The notes under the pieces: generated by a model
Databases searched by the model: none
What the model saw: only the letters and a program-made list of their open reading frames with translations
What the model was told of the DNA's origin: nothing
NCBI GenBank assembly: GCA_951406725.2
Contig: OX597828.1
Span: 61,132,001 to 61,196,000, forward strand
Source of the DNA: Octopus vulgaris
Lineage: Eukaryota
Direction: 5' to 3'
DNA length: 64,000 nt
In this document: positions 13,601-27,194 of the stretch, piece by piece
Layout of the letters: each line of letters begins with the position of its first letter
Position numbering within the stretch: position 1 is the stretch's first letter
Position numbers and translations under genes: made by a program

Positions 13601-14990
13601 TCAAGGGCTTACTAACGATTGTTAAACAATTCAGTGATGACATCAGAATGCAATTTGGCCTCGATAAATGTGCAAAAGCTACCTTTATCAAAGGAAAAAT
13701 GACAGAAACATCTAACGTTTACCTCGACCAGCAGAATGTCATAAAAGAGTTAGACCCAGCAGAGAGCTACAAGTACCTAGGGGTAATTGAAGGGGATGGA
13801 ATAAGGCATTCAGTGATGAAGGAAAGGATCAGGAGAGAATGTTATCGCAGAGTAAGAGCAATACTCAAGACAGAGCTGAATGCAAGAAACAGGATCGAAG
13901 CGATCATTGCTTTAGCCATACCAGTTGTGACTTACAGTTTCAATATTGTTAACTGGTCAATTACTGAAATATGTAATCTTGATAGAAAAATACGAAAACT
14001 GTTGACAATGCATAAAATGCACCACCCTAAGGCAGATATAGATTGACTTTATCTACCAAGAAAAGAGAGAGGCCGCGGGCTTTTACAACTGGCAATAACA
14101 ATGAAGATTGCTACAATTGGCCATGACACCTACCTGAAAAACTCTGAGGACTGGATGTTAAAACTTGTCTCAAAACATGAAAACAAGAAAGCATCATACT
14201 CAGTAACAAAACAGGCAAAGGAATATCTAAGTGAATTCCGAATACAACAAATTCCGGAATTAGACATACGAGAAACAAGCACAGAAAAAGTTAAGCGCAT
14301 GAAAACCCGTGCTAAAACTGCTGCCTTAGATATTCTGAATGGTAAATGGCAAGAAAAACCTCTCAATGGCAAATACCCATAGAGAATGAATAATGCAGAT
14401 GTTGACAAAGCCCTGGCCCATCAATGGCTAACGGCCTCTGGCTTAAAATCTGAAACAGAAGGGTTTATCATAGCAGCTCAAGATCAATGCCTACCTACAA
14501 GGAACTACCAGGTCAACATATTAAAGAACGGCAGTAGCCCAACATGTCGTGTATGTCAACAACAAAATGAAACCATTGATCATCTTGACTCCAAGTGCAG
14601 TCTTCTTGCGTCTACAGAATATCTCAACAGGCATGATAGAGCTGCACAATATATTCACTGGGTAATTTGCAAAAGCCTGGACTTGCCCCATGATAAAAAC
14701 TGGTGGGAACACAAACTACCTCCAGTGCTTGAAAATGATCACATCTCACTCCTCTGGAACTTCACCATTCAAACTGACAGAAAGATAGACGCGAATAGGC
14801 CAGACATCATAGTAAAAGACTTCAGACAAAAAAACATACCTCCTCATTGATATGACTGTCCCAATCGATATAAACGTATCTGTCAAGACCTACCAAAAAC
14901 TGAGCAAATATAAAGATCTGGAAATAGAAATCAGCAAAATGTGGACTAAAACAATACCTGTTGTCATAGGTGCCCTGGGAATGACAGCAA
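10658..14990 (+). mobile_element. Near full-length decayed R4/Dong-clade non-LTR retrotransposon (RT plus RLE endonuclease)
   Basis: N-terminal KWSREDNKEVL; RT motifs KSPGKDKI, NYRPITCL, EQKGCK, WIDYKKAFDS, GIFQGDSLSP, YMDDLK, FGLDKC, YKYLG; zinc knuckle CRVC..ETIDHLDSKC, RHD and RPDII; several stops and frameshifts. Confidence 0.92.
12204..12262 (+). mobile_element. SINE/LINE 3' tail with (GAT)n inserted into the R4 ORF
   Basis: gtccaacccatgctagcatggaaaacggacgctaaacgatgatg matches the 3' end of the element at 54598-54913. Confidence 0.85.
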
Positions 14991-14994
14991 TAAT

Positions 14995-16514
14995 TCAATC
15001 ATTTGTTATTCATGGATGACCTCAAACTTACTTTATGGTAAAGATGAAGCCCAAGTCAGTTCCCTCGTTGATACGGTGTATACCTTTAGTGCTGATATCA
15101 GAATGGAGTTCGGACTGAGAAAGTGTGGTATGTTAGTCTTGAAGAGAGGCAAAATCAAATGTATGGACGGGCTAGCGATACCGTCGGGGGAGGTTATGAA
15201 GCAGATAGAAGTATAGAGACTATAAGTACTTGGGGATTTTGGAAATGGATAAATTGATGGAGGAAAAAGTGACAGAAAAATTTAAGGTGGAGTACTTGCG
15301 CAGACTGAGACTGATCCTTAAGTCGGAATTAAACGGACGAATAAGATTGAAGCTATCAACACTTGAGCGGTTTTACTCCTTAGATATGGAGCAGGAGAAA
15401 TAGTATGGACAGCAGACGAACTAAACAACTTAGACAGAAAGACAAGGAAGTTGCTAACTAGATATGGGTCACTCCACCCGAAAAGTGACACAGACAGATT
15501 GTACGTACCAAGAAAAAGAGGAGAAGAGGACTTATTGGATGCGAACACAGAAGAAAACAACACTGCCTGGTATGTAAAAAATGCCACAGAACTGCTATTA
15601 TTAGAATAAGGTCAGGGTCGTGTAGGATTAAAGATTGCAAAGATAAAGCACTATACAAGAAATTGAAAATGAATAAAACTGAAAATAGGAGGGTAAAGAA
15701 AAGAATGCATGGTCAATTTCATAGGAATGTTGAAGACAGACAGATGTGGATGACTAAAAGTGATTTAAAACCAGAAACGGAGACTCTAATCTGTGCTGCC
15801 TAAGAGCAAGCACTAAGAACAAACCACATAAAATACAGAATAGACAAAACATTAGAAAATGGTAAGTACAGAATCTGTAGACAAAATGGTGAAACCCTGT
15901 GGCATATTACCAGCCAATGCATGCCACTAGCTCAGAAGGAATATAATAGACGTCACGACAATATAGCCAGGCTTATCCATTGGACACTTTGCAACAAGTA
16001 TGGACTTGACAGAGCAAAAAATTGGTACGATCACAAACCCGAAGTCAACATCGAACATAAAAATGCAAAGATCCTGTGGGCTTTTATGATTCAGTGCGAC
16101 CATGAGATAGAGAATAGGAAGCCAGACATAGTCTTAATCGAGAAAGAAAACAAACTATGCTGGATCATAGATATAGCATTCCCAGCTGACAACAACGTAT
16201 GCGATAAGGAAGAAAGAAAAGTGGAGAGATGTGACAGGTTAGCTTGGGAAGTTAAGAGTTGTGGCCGATGAAAAAGGTAGCAGTAGTACCAATAATTGTC
16301 GGAGCCCTGGGGACAGTGAGCAAAAATCTCGAGAAGTACGTGAAACAAATAGGGGCTGCAATAAGGGTGAAGCACTTGCAGAAGACTGCACTGCTTGGAA
16401 CCACTCGAATACTCTGGAAGGTGCTCGAAAAATAAGAGGTTTCACCTTAGTTCACTGATAGTGAACAGCTGACACCGTAGTACATCTCCAGCGTTAGAAG
16501 CTGTGCAAAGGCAA
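14995..16514 (+). mobile_element. 5'-truncated second R4/Dong-clade LINE ending in (AAT)n
   Basis: FMDDLKL, MEFGLRKC, YKYLG, RRHDNIARLIHW, RKPDIVLI, IIDIAFP, VVPIIVGALG; (AAT)n at 16525-16593. Confidence 0.9.
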
Positions 16515-16519
16515 TGATA

Positions 16520-16597
<78 letters not shown>

Positions 16598-16599
16598 TT

Positions 16600-18060
16600 G
16601 GCCGGGTTGTCAATTACTGTCCAGGGAATATGCACTACGTGCAAATACAACAGGGCAATTAGTAACTATGGTACCAATAGGGACAGAGGCCGTATCGGCA
16701 ACGACACTAATAAAAATGAAAATAGAAATAAAAACGAAAGTTCTTCACACAAACCCCAAACTAATTATTGGGATAAGAAGTATAGCGTACACAAAAGTAA
16801 AAACAGGAATAAACGTGACGTAAAATGGTATAACCCCACCCCACTTCAATTACATAAGAGATACTATTATATGTAGAAAATTATTTAGCATGCCAAAGCG
16901 CAATTTCCCTCCTTCACACAAATATTAATGTTTATTCTTCCATAGAAATGTTAAGGTCTCTCACTCAGCACTTCCCAATCTAGGTACAACTATAGCTGGC
17001 CTGAATAAGAAGCTCATATCCATGGCTGGGAGAATTAATAATAATACCTCTAACAGCACCGCTCCTAATAAAAATTGCAGTAGGAATAACAATAATAATA
17101 ATATTAATATTCCTCCTATCACAACCATCTCAACCAACATCAATACTGTACACACCGATATGATCAGCGATCAAGTCCTGTCAGGAGATATTATAATATT
17201 GGCATCAGTCGACCTGTCACTAAAAGGGATAGCAGTTGTAACAACTCTGCCGCAACTAATGGAAGCAGGTTACTGATTCCATTAGCTTAAGCTCACACCA
17301 TACCACTCCCTACAACCCTAACGCTCTCTCCACTAGCAGTCAGAACCGCCCACCTACTTCCATTCATGTTGTCGATATGATCAACGCACACCGTCCCTCT
17401 TCGACCCTCTAGTGTCACTATCTGAAAACTAAATCTCTTACGACAGTGCTCAGTACCAACATTCTCCGACCCTAGTCTCGGTAACTAATTATATTAGTAT
17501 TGATCCTAGTAATATAAACCCCGGTAACAACCAGGCGAACACCAGTAACTCTTGCGAGTTTGAACTATTACGCCATAATAACGTAGGATCGCGTACCCGC
17601 AATAATAAATTTCATGTCTTGGAAAATGTTGAGTGCAATTGCTTAGGTAAAATGTCATGTCCGCTTTCTGGTCGATGTCTAGCAGTAAATGTGGTTTACA
17701 AATGTAATGTTGTGACGGAGACCAATATTTGTACTTATATCGGCTTCTCCGTAAATCTCAAGGAACGCTTACGTAACTACTATTCTTACTTTGAATTAAG
17801 ACATAGAGCGCGTAGAACTTCTCTAGCCACGAAGATTTGGGAGCTCAAGATCGACAATGTTGAATTTGATTTGTTCTGGGACATCATTAGGGCCGCTAAA
17901 CTGTACTCAAACAGCAGATAAGGGTGCAGGTTTTGCTGCACGGAATTGTTTGAAATTTTGAAAAGATCAAATTGCGAAAATCTAATAAATAATAAACTAG
18001 ACGTTCGTCTTCCCTGCATACATAAGGCGACCCGCACCTTTAAATATTTTAAGAACATTA
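16600..18060 (+). mobile_element. Penelope-like element 3' part (linker plus GIY-YIG endonuclease), decayed
   Basis: VKWYNP, NFPPSHKY and VKVSHSALPNL, then CNCLGKMSCPLSGRCL..VVYK..YIG..LKERL..TSLATKIWELK..CRFC. Confidence 0.85.
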
Positions 18061-18777
18061 AGCAACCTCTATAAAAGCTCTTAACATAGGGTCAAACTAA
18101 TTTACTCCCTCTGTTGTTGACCCAAAAGTCGATTGATCTGCTTAATTGTTTGAGTCCTTCTAGTCTCGTTCTTCTTTACCGTCACTTCCTAACTATACTT
18201 GCATCGTGTGCTATATTGTAGGAACTAATCATTCTGTTTGTGGCGTCTCCAGCATTATGCAAAAGCGATAGCAAAGATATCTAACCTAGAAGTAGCAGCC
18301 TAAACACCCTAACCAGTTCTTTTCTAATCCCACTAAGTAAGCCTTATACTAAGATACAGTTATTTGCAATGCGCTTGTTAAATAATAACTGGAACACACA
18401 ATCCAAACCTCTTACCGGCGACTATTACCCGCAGTTGTAACACCTGATTCACACAATGGTGATTATACTATCGAATTAAATAATATCAACGCCAGCTATA
18501 TAACATTCCAAATTGTTAATCATTAGACTACTTCCTACTGCTGGCTTTTGTTTTTGATATCCTATCTGGTATTTCCTCTAACTCTGTACTAGATGTAGTT
18601 TATCCTCACGATAAGTAGTACTTTACTATTACAAGTAGCTTGCTTACCAACCACATGATTTCGGGTTCAGTCCCACTGTGTGGCACCTTGGGAAAGTGTC
18701 TTCTACTATAGCCTTGGGCCAACTAAAGCGTTGTGAATAGATTTGGCAGACAGAAACTGGAAATAAGCTCGTTGTAG

Positions 18778-18844
<67 letters not shown>

Positions 18845-19057
18845 TGGTAAAATAGAAAGATGAATAATCTTGTTGCAGATTAATCAAAAGTTTAACCGAT
18901 ACCTTGGTAGCAAAAATCACGGCAGAAGAAAGCACGGTTGGAGATAAAACCTTTTGGTGTTGCAACCGTGCCTTGGTGCGGATAATTGAATTTTAGTATT
19001 ATTAGTGAATTGAAGAAATGGAGTTGAACGAAGATTGAACAGAATTCCTTTTATTGC

Positions 19058-19139
19058 ATTCTACACATGTTTCAAAAGCCACAATTTTCCAAATTCTGAT
19101 TAAATAAGGATCCCATATTGTGGCTTTCTCTTCAGGAAT
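19058..19139 (-). ncRNA. Minimal type-I hammerhead ribozyme
   Basis: auuc-CUGAAGA-gaaagccacaau..auuguggcuuuu-GAAAC-augu-GUA-gaau. Confidence 0.8.
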
Positions 19140-19155
19140 TCCTATATATATTTTT

Positions 19156-19235
19156 TTCCTGAAGAGAAAGCCACAATATGGGATCCTTATTTAATCAGAA
19201 TTTGGAAAATTGTGGCTTTTGAAACATGTGTAGAA
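19156..19235 (+). ncRNA. Minimal type-I hammerhead ribozyme
   Basis: uuc-CUGAAGA(19159-65)-12-bp stem II-GAAAC(19221-25)-augu-GUA(19230-32)-gaa, followed by AATAAA. Confidence 0.8.
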
Positions 19236-19295
19236 TGCAATAAAAGGAATTCTGTTCAATCTTCGTTCGACTCCATTTCTTCAATTCACTAATAA

Positions 19296-19335
<40 letters not shown>

Positions 19336-19570
19336 GTGCGTGTGTGTGTGTTTGTGTCTGTGTCTGTCCCCCCACCATCGCTTGACGACCGATGGTGGTG
19401 TGTTTACATCCCCGTAACTTAGCGGTTCGGCAGAAGAGACCGAAAGAATAAATACTAGACTTACAAAGAATAAGTCTTTTGGTTGACTTGTTCGACTAAA
19501 GGTGGTGCTCCAGCATGGTCGCAGCCAAATGACTGAAACAAATAAAAGAATATACGCACACATATACACT

Positions 19571-19583
19571 CACGCACGCACTA

Positions 19584-19671
<88 letters not shown>

Positions 19672-19672
19672 C
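19571..19672. repeat. (GCAC)n microsatellite
   Basis: Direct inspection. Confidence 0.95.
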
Positions 19673-21889
19673 ACACAGTTCATCTCGGGGCGTTGCCCAG
19701 GCGCTATGACCTACAAGCAATTGCATTAGTTGCTCCTTTCTTGATTGATAGAATCGGCACAGCTGATATATAGTTAATGGAATAGTGGAAGTTATTGTTT
19801 GTTTAAAAATGAAGGGCGAGGTTGCAATTTGCGTGGGTTTGTATGAAAGTGCATTCTGTTCTTAAGGATCAGAAACTATGTATTGTTTCATCGTATAAAA
19901 AGAGGTTAATACGATTTTGACCTGAAATCACGTTTTCAAAATACCAATTTCCCCCCATCCCCACCGCAATTTCTTATTTTGTAACTTTTTCAATTTTTTT
20001 TTGTTGTTGTTTACGTAGAAAAATAGAGAGATTACGAATCTGGAATATATATATTTTATAGTTTAATTTTTCTTAAAAAAAAGAACACTCGATGCCCCTT
20101 CCCCCAGCTCGCTCACCCATCGCCTACCAGCTTTCAAAAAGCTAAAATCTCCCAATCTTTCACTTTTGTCTGATGTTTCCCGCATGCGTAGAATTCTACT
20201 GAAATAGTAGACTTAAAACATACCAGACTACCACCAGCAAACCCGACATGTTAGAAACAACAGTTAAATGACATTATTTCTGAAGAAACTCCCCCGCTTT
20301 CCAAAAAGCTAAAAGTGAAACATTGGGAGTGTGTAGCTTTTCGAAAGCGGTGAGGTAATGGGTAAAATTCCTAAAGATTCTTACTCTGTATTTTCTCCAT
20401 GGATTACCAAGAATAAAAATTCCAAAAAAGTAAAAAATGAATTTGTTGTGGAGATGGAGAAAATTAAAATATTGAGAACGTGTTTTCTGGGTGAAATCCT
20501 TGTCTCTTGTATCGCAAACACAGGTATCGGAAGAAATTTAGGAAAAAAATAAGGTGGGGATGGAGATGTTACCTCGGACATGCTAGACAGAAGAGGTAAA
20601 GGACAGAATTTCTGTGAAAACGTCCTTTTAAGTTTATATCGAAGATTAGGTTTTTAAATACGCTAATCACAAACACAAATTACACAACAGAAAAATATGA
20701 TTTCAGTTGGATTTGAGCTGTAAATTTGCGCGTGCACAACGTAATTTACACAGAAGTTTTTCTTAGAGTGTGTGTATGTGTGAGTGCATGTGGATGTATG
20801 TGTGTGTGCGTGTGTGAAAGGAAGTTATTTTATAGCATTCTTTTGTTTTTGAGGCAAAGTTGTCAACTCGACATATATGGGATCATATGATTGTTCGTTA
20901 ATTTCTGTAAAACTGTTTTAATTTCTGTATGCTTTGAAGAGAGCAGAAATTGAAAGAGAGGATAAAGTGAAAAGGCGACATTTGCTTTGACGTGAGAGGA
21001 AAAAGTAAAAGAGAGGAGAAAGTGTAAGATGTAGGTATATATGAAATGGACGACTATGAGGGAGAGAGAGTGAGCGAGAGAGAGAGTGAATGAATGAGTG
21101 AAGGTATGTGTTGTGATGTATGGATTTTTTGGCATATATGAGTAAGTGGCACTCACTAATTCTCTCTCTCTCTCTCTCTCTCTCACATATCTTTCATACA
21201 CTTGTAGGCGGGAGTAAAAAATACGCACACCACCCGTTTTCAGCGTAAACACCGGGAGTGCGTATTCTTTACCTTCACTCATAATTACATATGCATACAT
21301 CTTTGTGTGTGTGAGAGAGAGAGAGAGAGAGGCTGTATTTCCTCATAACATATAGAAAAATGGATCGCTTTTAATGCCATTTTTTGGTTGTGGCTTATTT
21401 TAATAGAATTTTTATGTGTATATTTTCATAATTGTTTGTCTGAGTAGAATTCTACGCATGCATGAAACATCGGACGAAAGTGAAACGTTAGAAGAAAACC
21501 GAAATATTTTCCGAAAATGACCTCAAAATCGTGCGACCCAACATAGTTGCCGAGGTTATTTTAGTTGTAAAAGAGAGTTGTTGAGTCACAAACAGTTTAT
21601 TTGGCTGATATATAATAAGTAGTTTTCTTTATTATAATACATATGTGACTAGTATGGAGAAACATTACTTTCATTATTCACACATCGCTATTCTCATAAT
21701 GCAACACTTCGTAATTTTGGTTCATATTGAAAGTGTGAAACTATTTTCATTTTCGTAAAGGAAACCTGGTCGTTGTAGAGAAGTGTATTTGAAATAACTA
21801 TAACTGGTTGTTGCGATAACGTAGAAAATATGTAAATGAAAATAAAGTTTATTTGGCAAGGATAATTGATTCGATTGTTCTGGTCTTTA

Positions 21890-22160
21890 ACGTCAGTTTC
21901 TAAGGATAGAAGTCATTTGACGGCACCTTTTTGTTTGTGGCAGTTTCAACCCGTGGAATATTGAAATGATACCCATCTTGTCCATTCCACAGAACAAGAG
22001 TGTGCTGGAGAGCATCATAAGAGGGATGAGTCTGTGAAACACGTTTAAGGTTATCTCGGACACGAATGAGAATATCATGATTTTCAAAGGGATCACCATC
22101 CATAAGGATGGCTACTTCATTAGATGTGGGCTCATTAAAACAGCGTAAACTTCCTTTACT
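21890..22160 (-). pseudogene. Helitron Rep/helicase N-terminal fragment
   Basis: FNEPTSNEVAILM..DILI..LKRVSQTHPSYDALQHTLVLWNGQDGYH, matching the Helitron NxPTxxEVA..SYDALQYP..GxDGYH pattern. Confidence 0.85.
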
Positions 22161-23476
22161 ACAGTTTACTAGAGACGTAACGAGCGCAGAAACACACACA
22201 TACACACACTCATAAAATTGATAATATTGAAAACAGCAAAATGTACACATACGAAGTTCAAACGCGACTAAATGTAGTCAATATATGTGCAAAACATACC
22301 TTCTGTGGCATAGTTATGCTATAAAAATATGGAAAGTCACCAACTTAACAAACGTTAGTATGCGTCACCAATGTAAGAAAGTACACAAAGTCAACATTTG
22401 GAAGATGTACTAAATGGTATAAAAATTACGAATGAATGAATGTCACGGGGAAGAAAGTGAAAGTCCAAGAAAATTCAGAAGGCATAATTCAATTTTTCAT
22501 ACAAAAATAATTTATTTTACAGTTTTGAAACGAACGCTAAATCAAGTGTATAGAAAGGAAGATGCAGTTGTTGTGAACGTTAATTTAAAATATTTGCTGA
22601 TGGATGTATGTAGCAAGATATAAATTAATTTGACATTACTACATATTTTGTTTAATTGTGTAACGTTACAGGCTGTAGAATAAATACTGACTAACGCTGT
22701 AAAAAGGTTGTGTGGCGTTGATACGCACAGTAATGAAGAATTCAAGGACTGTTACAAAAACATTATCTTGAAACTGGTTAGGAGTGGAATAACGTTACTG
22801 TAACTATATGGAAAGAGCCGCTGAGGCTTTCTACTTCGCCAAGTTCCCGAATTTGTTATAAGCAGAATAACATTTTCTCAGATATATTTGCGAGTATTGT
22901 GAGTGGTGTTAATTCACTTCATGTTGGTAGTACGTGAAAGTGAACGTTGTTGTTCGTTTAAAGTCGAGGCCGCAACTAAACTTTCAATATCGGCGCGTTT
23001 CACAGTTGGGGGAGTTACATACATAAACTAAGACACACACACATACATTAACGCACACCTGAGGCCTATCTCTGTTCCTGTGTGTGTCTCTCTCTCTGTC
23101 TTTAGATGTGTGTGTGTGTCTGTGTGTGAGTTAGTCGTCACAAAATGTATCTATACTGACAGACACATACACCGTCACACACATATACTTGTTAGTCATC
23201 TACCTAACGTAGGTAACGAACGCGTGAACACATTCATATAGAAAATGTGACGTCATCGTTGTTGTGGTGGTGTTGTAAAATGTCGCTTACCGTAGGTGAC
23301 TAAAAGAAAAATGATAATGTTAAATTTTTGTAATGCAAATATGGGAATGAAAATATAGTTTAGATGGTAGCCAAAAGTTTACTGAATTTTTTGATACCCC
23401 TTACGTCAAAATCGGCAACTCGGTTTTGGAATGTATAAGGAACAAGCGCGCGCGCAAACACACACGCACACACGAA

Positions 23477-23557
<81 letters not shown>

Positions 23558-23594
23558 ATGTATATATATATAGATATATGTTTGTATGTATTAT

Positions 23595-23812
23595 TCCTCC
23601 TTTTCTTTATTTAAGTCATTTGACTGCAGCTATGCTGGGACACCGCTTGAAGGGTTTTAATTGAAGAAATCGATTCCAGGACTTTCTTTTTAAAGCCCGG
23701 TACTTATTCTGTCGATATCTTTTGCCGAACCGCTATATTGCGGGAACGTAAACACACCAACACCGGTTGTGAAGCAGTGATGGAGGGACAAATATAAACA
23801 CACACACACACA
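23595..23812 (-). mobile_element. 3' half of a SINE whose other parts lie at 25035-25153 and 28860-28890
   Basis: Reverse complement of the SINE tail seen at 19330-19550. Confidence 0.8.
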
Positions 23813-23819
23813 CATATTG

Positions 23820-25020
23820 ATCATACCTCGCACGTAGCAATTTGGCATTTAATCTCCTTCAAAATAGTTCCTTTCGGAAGCCACACACTTAAACCAGTGC
23901 CGTTTTCATTGATGGAGGCATTCCCGGAACTCGTTTTCTGGGATAATCAGCAGCTGCCTCGTCGCTTTCACTTTGATTTCCTCGACATCCTGAAATCTTC
24001 CTTTCAATCAGGATTTGATTTTTGGAAAGAGGGAAAAATCACAAGGGCGAGATCTGGGGGAAAACGGTGGCTGTCAGACCTAGGGAATGCTGTGTCTATC
24101 CACAAACTGCTGCACCAGCTGCACTGAATGGGGAGGTGTGTTGTCATGGTGCAATTGCCACTCACCGGACGCATGCAATTGTGGCCTTTTCCGACAAATA
24201 GCATTTCGCAAACATCACGGTAGTACTCCTTGTTTACTGCCTGACCAGGTGGAGCATACACATGATGAACAATCTCCTTGTAGTCGAAGAAAACGGTCAA
24301 TAATGTCTTATTCATTCGTGCTTTCTTCGGTCTCGGAGAGGTTGGGGTTTTTACTGCGAAAACTCTGCGTTTGTTTCGAGATCATAGCCATAGACCCATG
24401 TTTCATCACCCGTTATGACCGTTTTCAAAAAGTTTTCATCGTTCTCGACATAATTAAGATCTTGTGCAACTGAATCCCGAGTGCCGGTTTGGTCAGCTGA
24501 AAGCAGTTTTAACACAAACTTGGTAGACACTCTTCTCATAGCCAAATCTTCAGTGATAATGGACTGAATTGAACCGTAACTAATCTGCACATCCCCTGGT
24601 AACTCACGGATAGTGATTCGATGATTTCCCCTCACAGTTGCACGCCCATCTGTGATGTAATTCTCAGTTCTGCTGGTTGGGAGTCTCCCAGAACGTTCAT
24701 CAATATCGACATTTTTTCGGCCATCTTGGAATGTCTGAACCACTCGTACTCTTGTGTGCAGCTCATACACTCATACTCTCCTCTCTATAGACTTTCTGCA
24801 ACTTTGCGTAGGCGTCTGGTCAAGTATCGCCAAGCTTTTGTCAAAATTTGATGCAGATTCTATGCTCAACTTTGTCTTGGTCAATGTGACGATTACGCGT
24901 TACACGCGTTCATGCCAAGCACTGCTGTAAACAGCGGAAGTGAGCTAGAACTTTAAAGCTTAGTGCGCATGCACAGCAAAGTTCAAGGTCAATCTGTGCC
25001 AAGTGGCTTCACTCTACGTA
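23820..25020 (-). mobile_element. Decayed mariner (Tc1/mariner) transposon
   Basis: DERSGRLPTS, RITIREL, VITGDETWVYGYD, LTVFFDYKEIVH, LHHDN and PPDLAL motifs, frameshifted. Confidence 0.92.
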
Positions 25021-25034
25021 TATATACATGTGTG

Positions 25035-25153
25035 TGTGTGTGTACGACAGGATTCATTCAGTTTTCGTCACTCAAATCCACTCACAAGGCTTTGGTTGGC
25101 CCGAGACTATAGTAGAAGACAATTACCCAAGGTGTGGTTGGGAAGCAAACTTC
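25035..25153 (-). mobile_element. CORE-region fragment of the split SINE
   Basis: Reverse complement of ..tgcttcccaaccac..tcttctactatagtctcgggccaaccaaagccttgtgagtggattt.. Confidence 0.8.
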
Positions 25154-27180
25154 ATTATTTCATTAAATTTGCCATAAGGGCAGTACACAGACTAAGGAAG
25201 CTTGCAGGCTGGACACGGACATTAATGAGATGAATGATAATGATACAAGGATGATAAGGATGGGAGAAGACAAAAAGTGCCCTCCGACTTTTGCTTCTCT
25301 AAAACATTGTTCTTTTTAAAATAGCATACTGAGGCAATAAACGTCTTACATAGTTCAGTAAGACAAAACACATCAACGAGGCAATAATCCTCTTACTTTT
25401 TGCATTATAAAAGTCCTTTTGAGGCAATACACCTCTTACACAAGAATACATTTATTTGCTTTTCTGTCCGACCGGGCTCCTCGCTTCTTCGAAGCACCTA
25501 GTCGGTTTCAAGCCGGACCACTTTGTCATAGATCTAAAGGAGTCCGCTGGGAAGGAATTCATTATCCTGCACAGATCGGTTTCCAATATTACCTCCGCAG
25601 CCACCTGCGAATGCCACTCAGGGTTCTCCATGCAGGCAGAAGCCCCTCCCACCGGCCTTTCCTTTCAAACTTCCTAACCAAGTTCTGCAGTAACCCTTCC
25701 TTGTGAAAGAGGACCACAAATTGCTCCTCCAGTGCACACCCGCCGAAGGAGCATCGGGACACGCCGGCAGTGTGTCACAAACTGCCGGCAATATCCCGTT
25801 TTTCTTTTTTTCTTCTTTTTCCCTTGGCCCACGGGAGGATGGTGTTCTTCTACGTTGTCCTGCAGGTCCTCCCTTCCTCCTGCAGCCCTCGGGTCCTTCG
25901 TTTGCCCACTTTTCATTTTCTTCCTTTTTTAGAGGAGGTTTCCACCTCCTCGATTTCCTTCTTCTCTCCCTCCAATGAGCGAGCAGGGAGTGGTGCTTCT
26001 ATTAACTGCTCCTGGACCCTATTTTGGTCCTTGGGGCAGTTCTTCTTGATATGGCCGGTTTCCAGGCACAGGTGACACTTGGGGGGAGGGGGCGTCCCTC
26101 GAGCATCACCGGATACCTAGACTTGGCCATCCTTAAAAAATCTGGAAAAACCAGACTTTTGGCTGATTGGGTCCATAGGGTCAAAACAGCTTTTTACCCT
26201 TCCCAATCAGCCGCAGGCAATATTTTAACATCGAGCAGCTTGGTACTGCTACCACCCAGACCCCAGCGGATAGAATCCTCGATCCACCCGGGCTCAATTC
26301 CGAGTGGCAAACCGTAGATTCAATCCCTCGTCAACTTCTTCCCACAATAAGTGGGAAGGAACAGAATTTCACTGCCTTCCAGGGTCTGGCTTGCTAATTC
26401 GCAAGCCTCTTCGGGGGAGTCAAATAGCAACCACACCGTTGCATATTTGACCCCCCGTGAAACATATTTAATAGCTGGCATATACTCTGCCAGCTCTTTT
26501 ATAATTATGGTTTTCGGGAAGACGGCTATGGTATCGAGGGACTTGAAATAAGTCCTCAACACCACCGTCTTCCTTTCAAACTCTTCAAGCCGTGTTTTGG
26601 AAGGTGTTAATTCCCATTCAACAAATTTCTTTGCCATTTCAACATAAGAGTCCAAATAAATTCCACAATTTTTTTTAATAATAAAGAAAGAAAAACAAAA
26701 AGAAAAACTTAACAGAAGGGAAGAAAAAATAAAAATAAACAGTTCAATACAGTTTTTTTCAAATAAATGATAGAAGAGAACGAGAGTTCTAAACACAGCA
26801 AAGAAAATTATTTTTCGGCCGTATGGTACTCCTGGCCTTCGCAGACAATCCTATGTGTAATCCTTAAAGTTATTTTTTCAAAAGACTTCCACGCAGGCAC
26901 ATAACAGTTCTTGAAAATAATTGAGAATTTAATTATTCTCAAAAACAATTAATTTGGAGACAACTCCACACAGTAGCTCTCACAATTATGTGAGAAAAAC
27001 ATACGTCTCTACCGCAGGCAAACAAAAAGCTCCGAATCCAGTGAGAACTCCTTGCTTGTACAAAAAAATAAAGCTTACAGACAACAAATCCCACTGGACT
27101 CAAAAAGCAAAAAGTCTTACCCTACAATAGAGCGTCTTTGAAATACAATTTTCGCCAGCGTGGCGACTTCAACGGTACAA
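25154..27180 (-). mobile_element. ORF1-only L1/Tx1-like element, copy A
   Basis: ORF from MAKKFVEWELTP (~26637) with an RRM-like region and a CCHC knuckle (KCHLCLETGHIKKNC after a frameshift); short 3' UTR with A-rich end; no EN/RT seen. Confidence 0.7.
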
Positions 27181-27194
27181 GGAAGACAAGCTTC

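Larger units (their letters stand above)
18994..19300. repeat. Foldback palindrome with 145-bp arms (18994-19138 / 19156-19300)
   Basis: Arms are reverse-complementary with about one mismatch; 17-nt loop. Confidence 0.97.
18633..19550 (+). mobile_element. tRNA/CORE-type SINE split by an insertion in its internal (TA)n
   Basis: Head gcttgcttaccaaccac..gggttcagtcccact..ccttgggaaagtg (18633-18780) and tail ..aacttagcggttcggca..atgactgaaacaa (19330-19550); an uninterrupted copy lies at 51058-51550. Confidence 0.85.

Noticed and set aside
18633-18700. tRNA-like sequence (also at 43855, 51058 and 53650)
   Set aside because: These are SINE heads continuing into CORE-like sequence, with no full cloverleaf.
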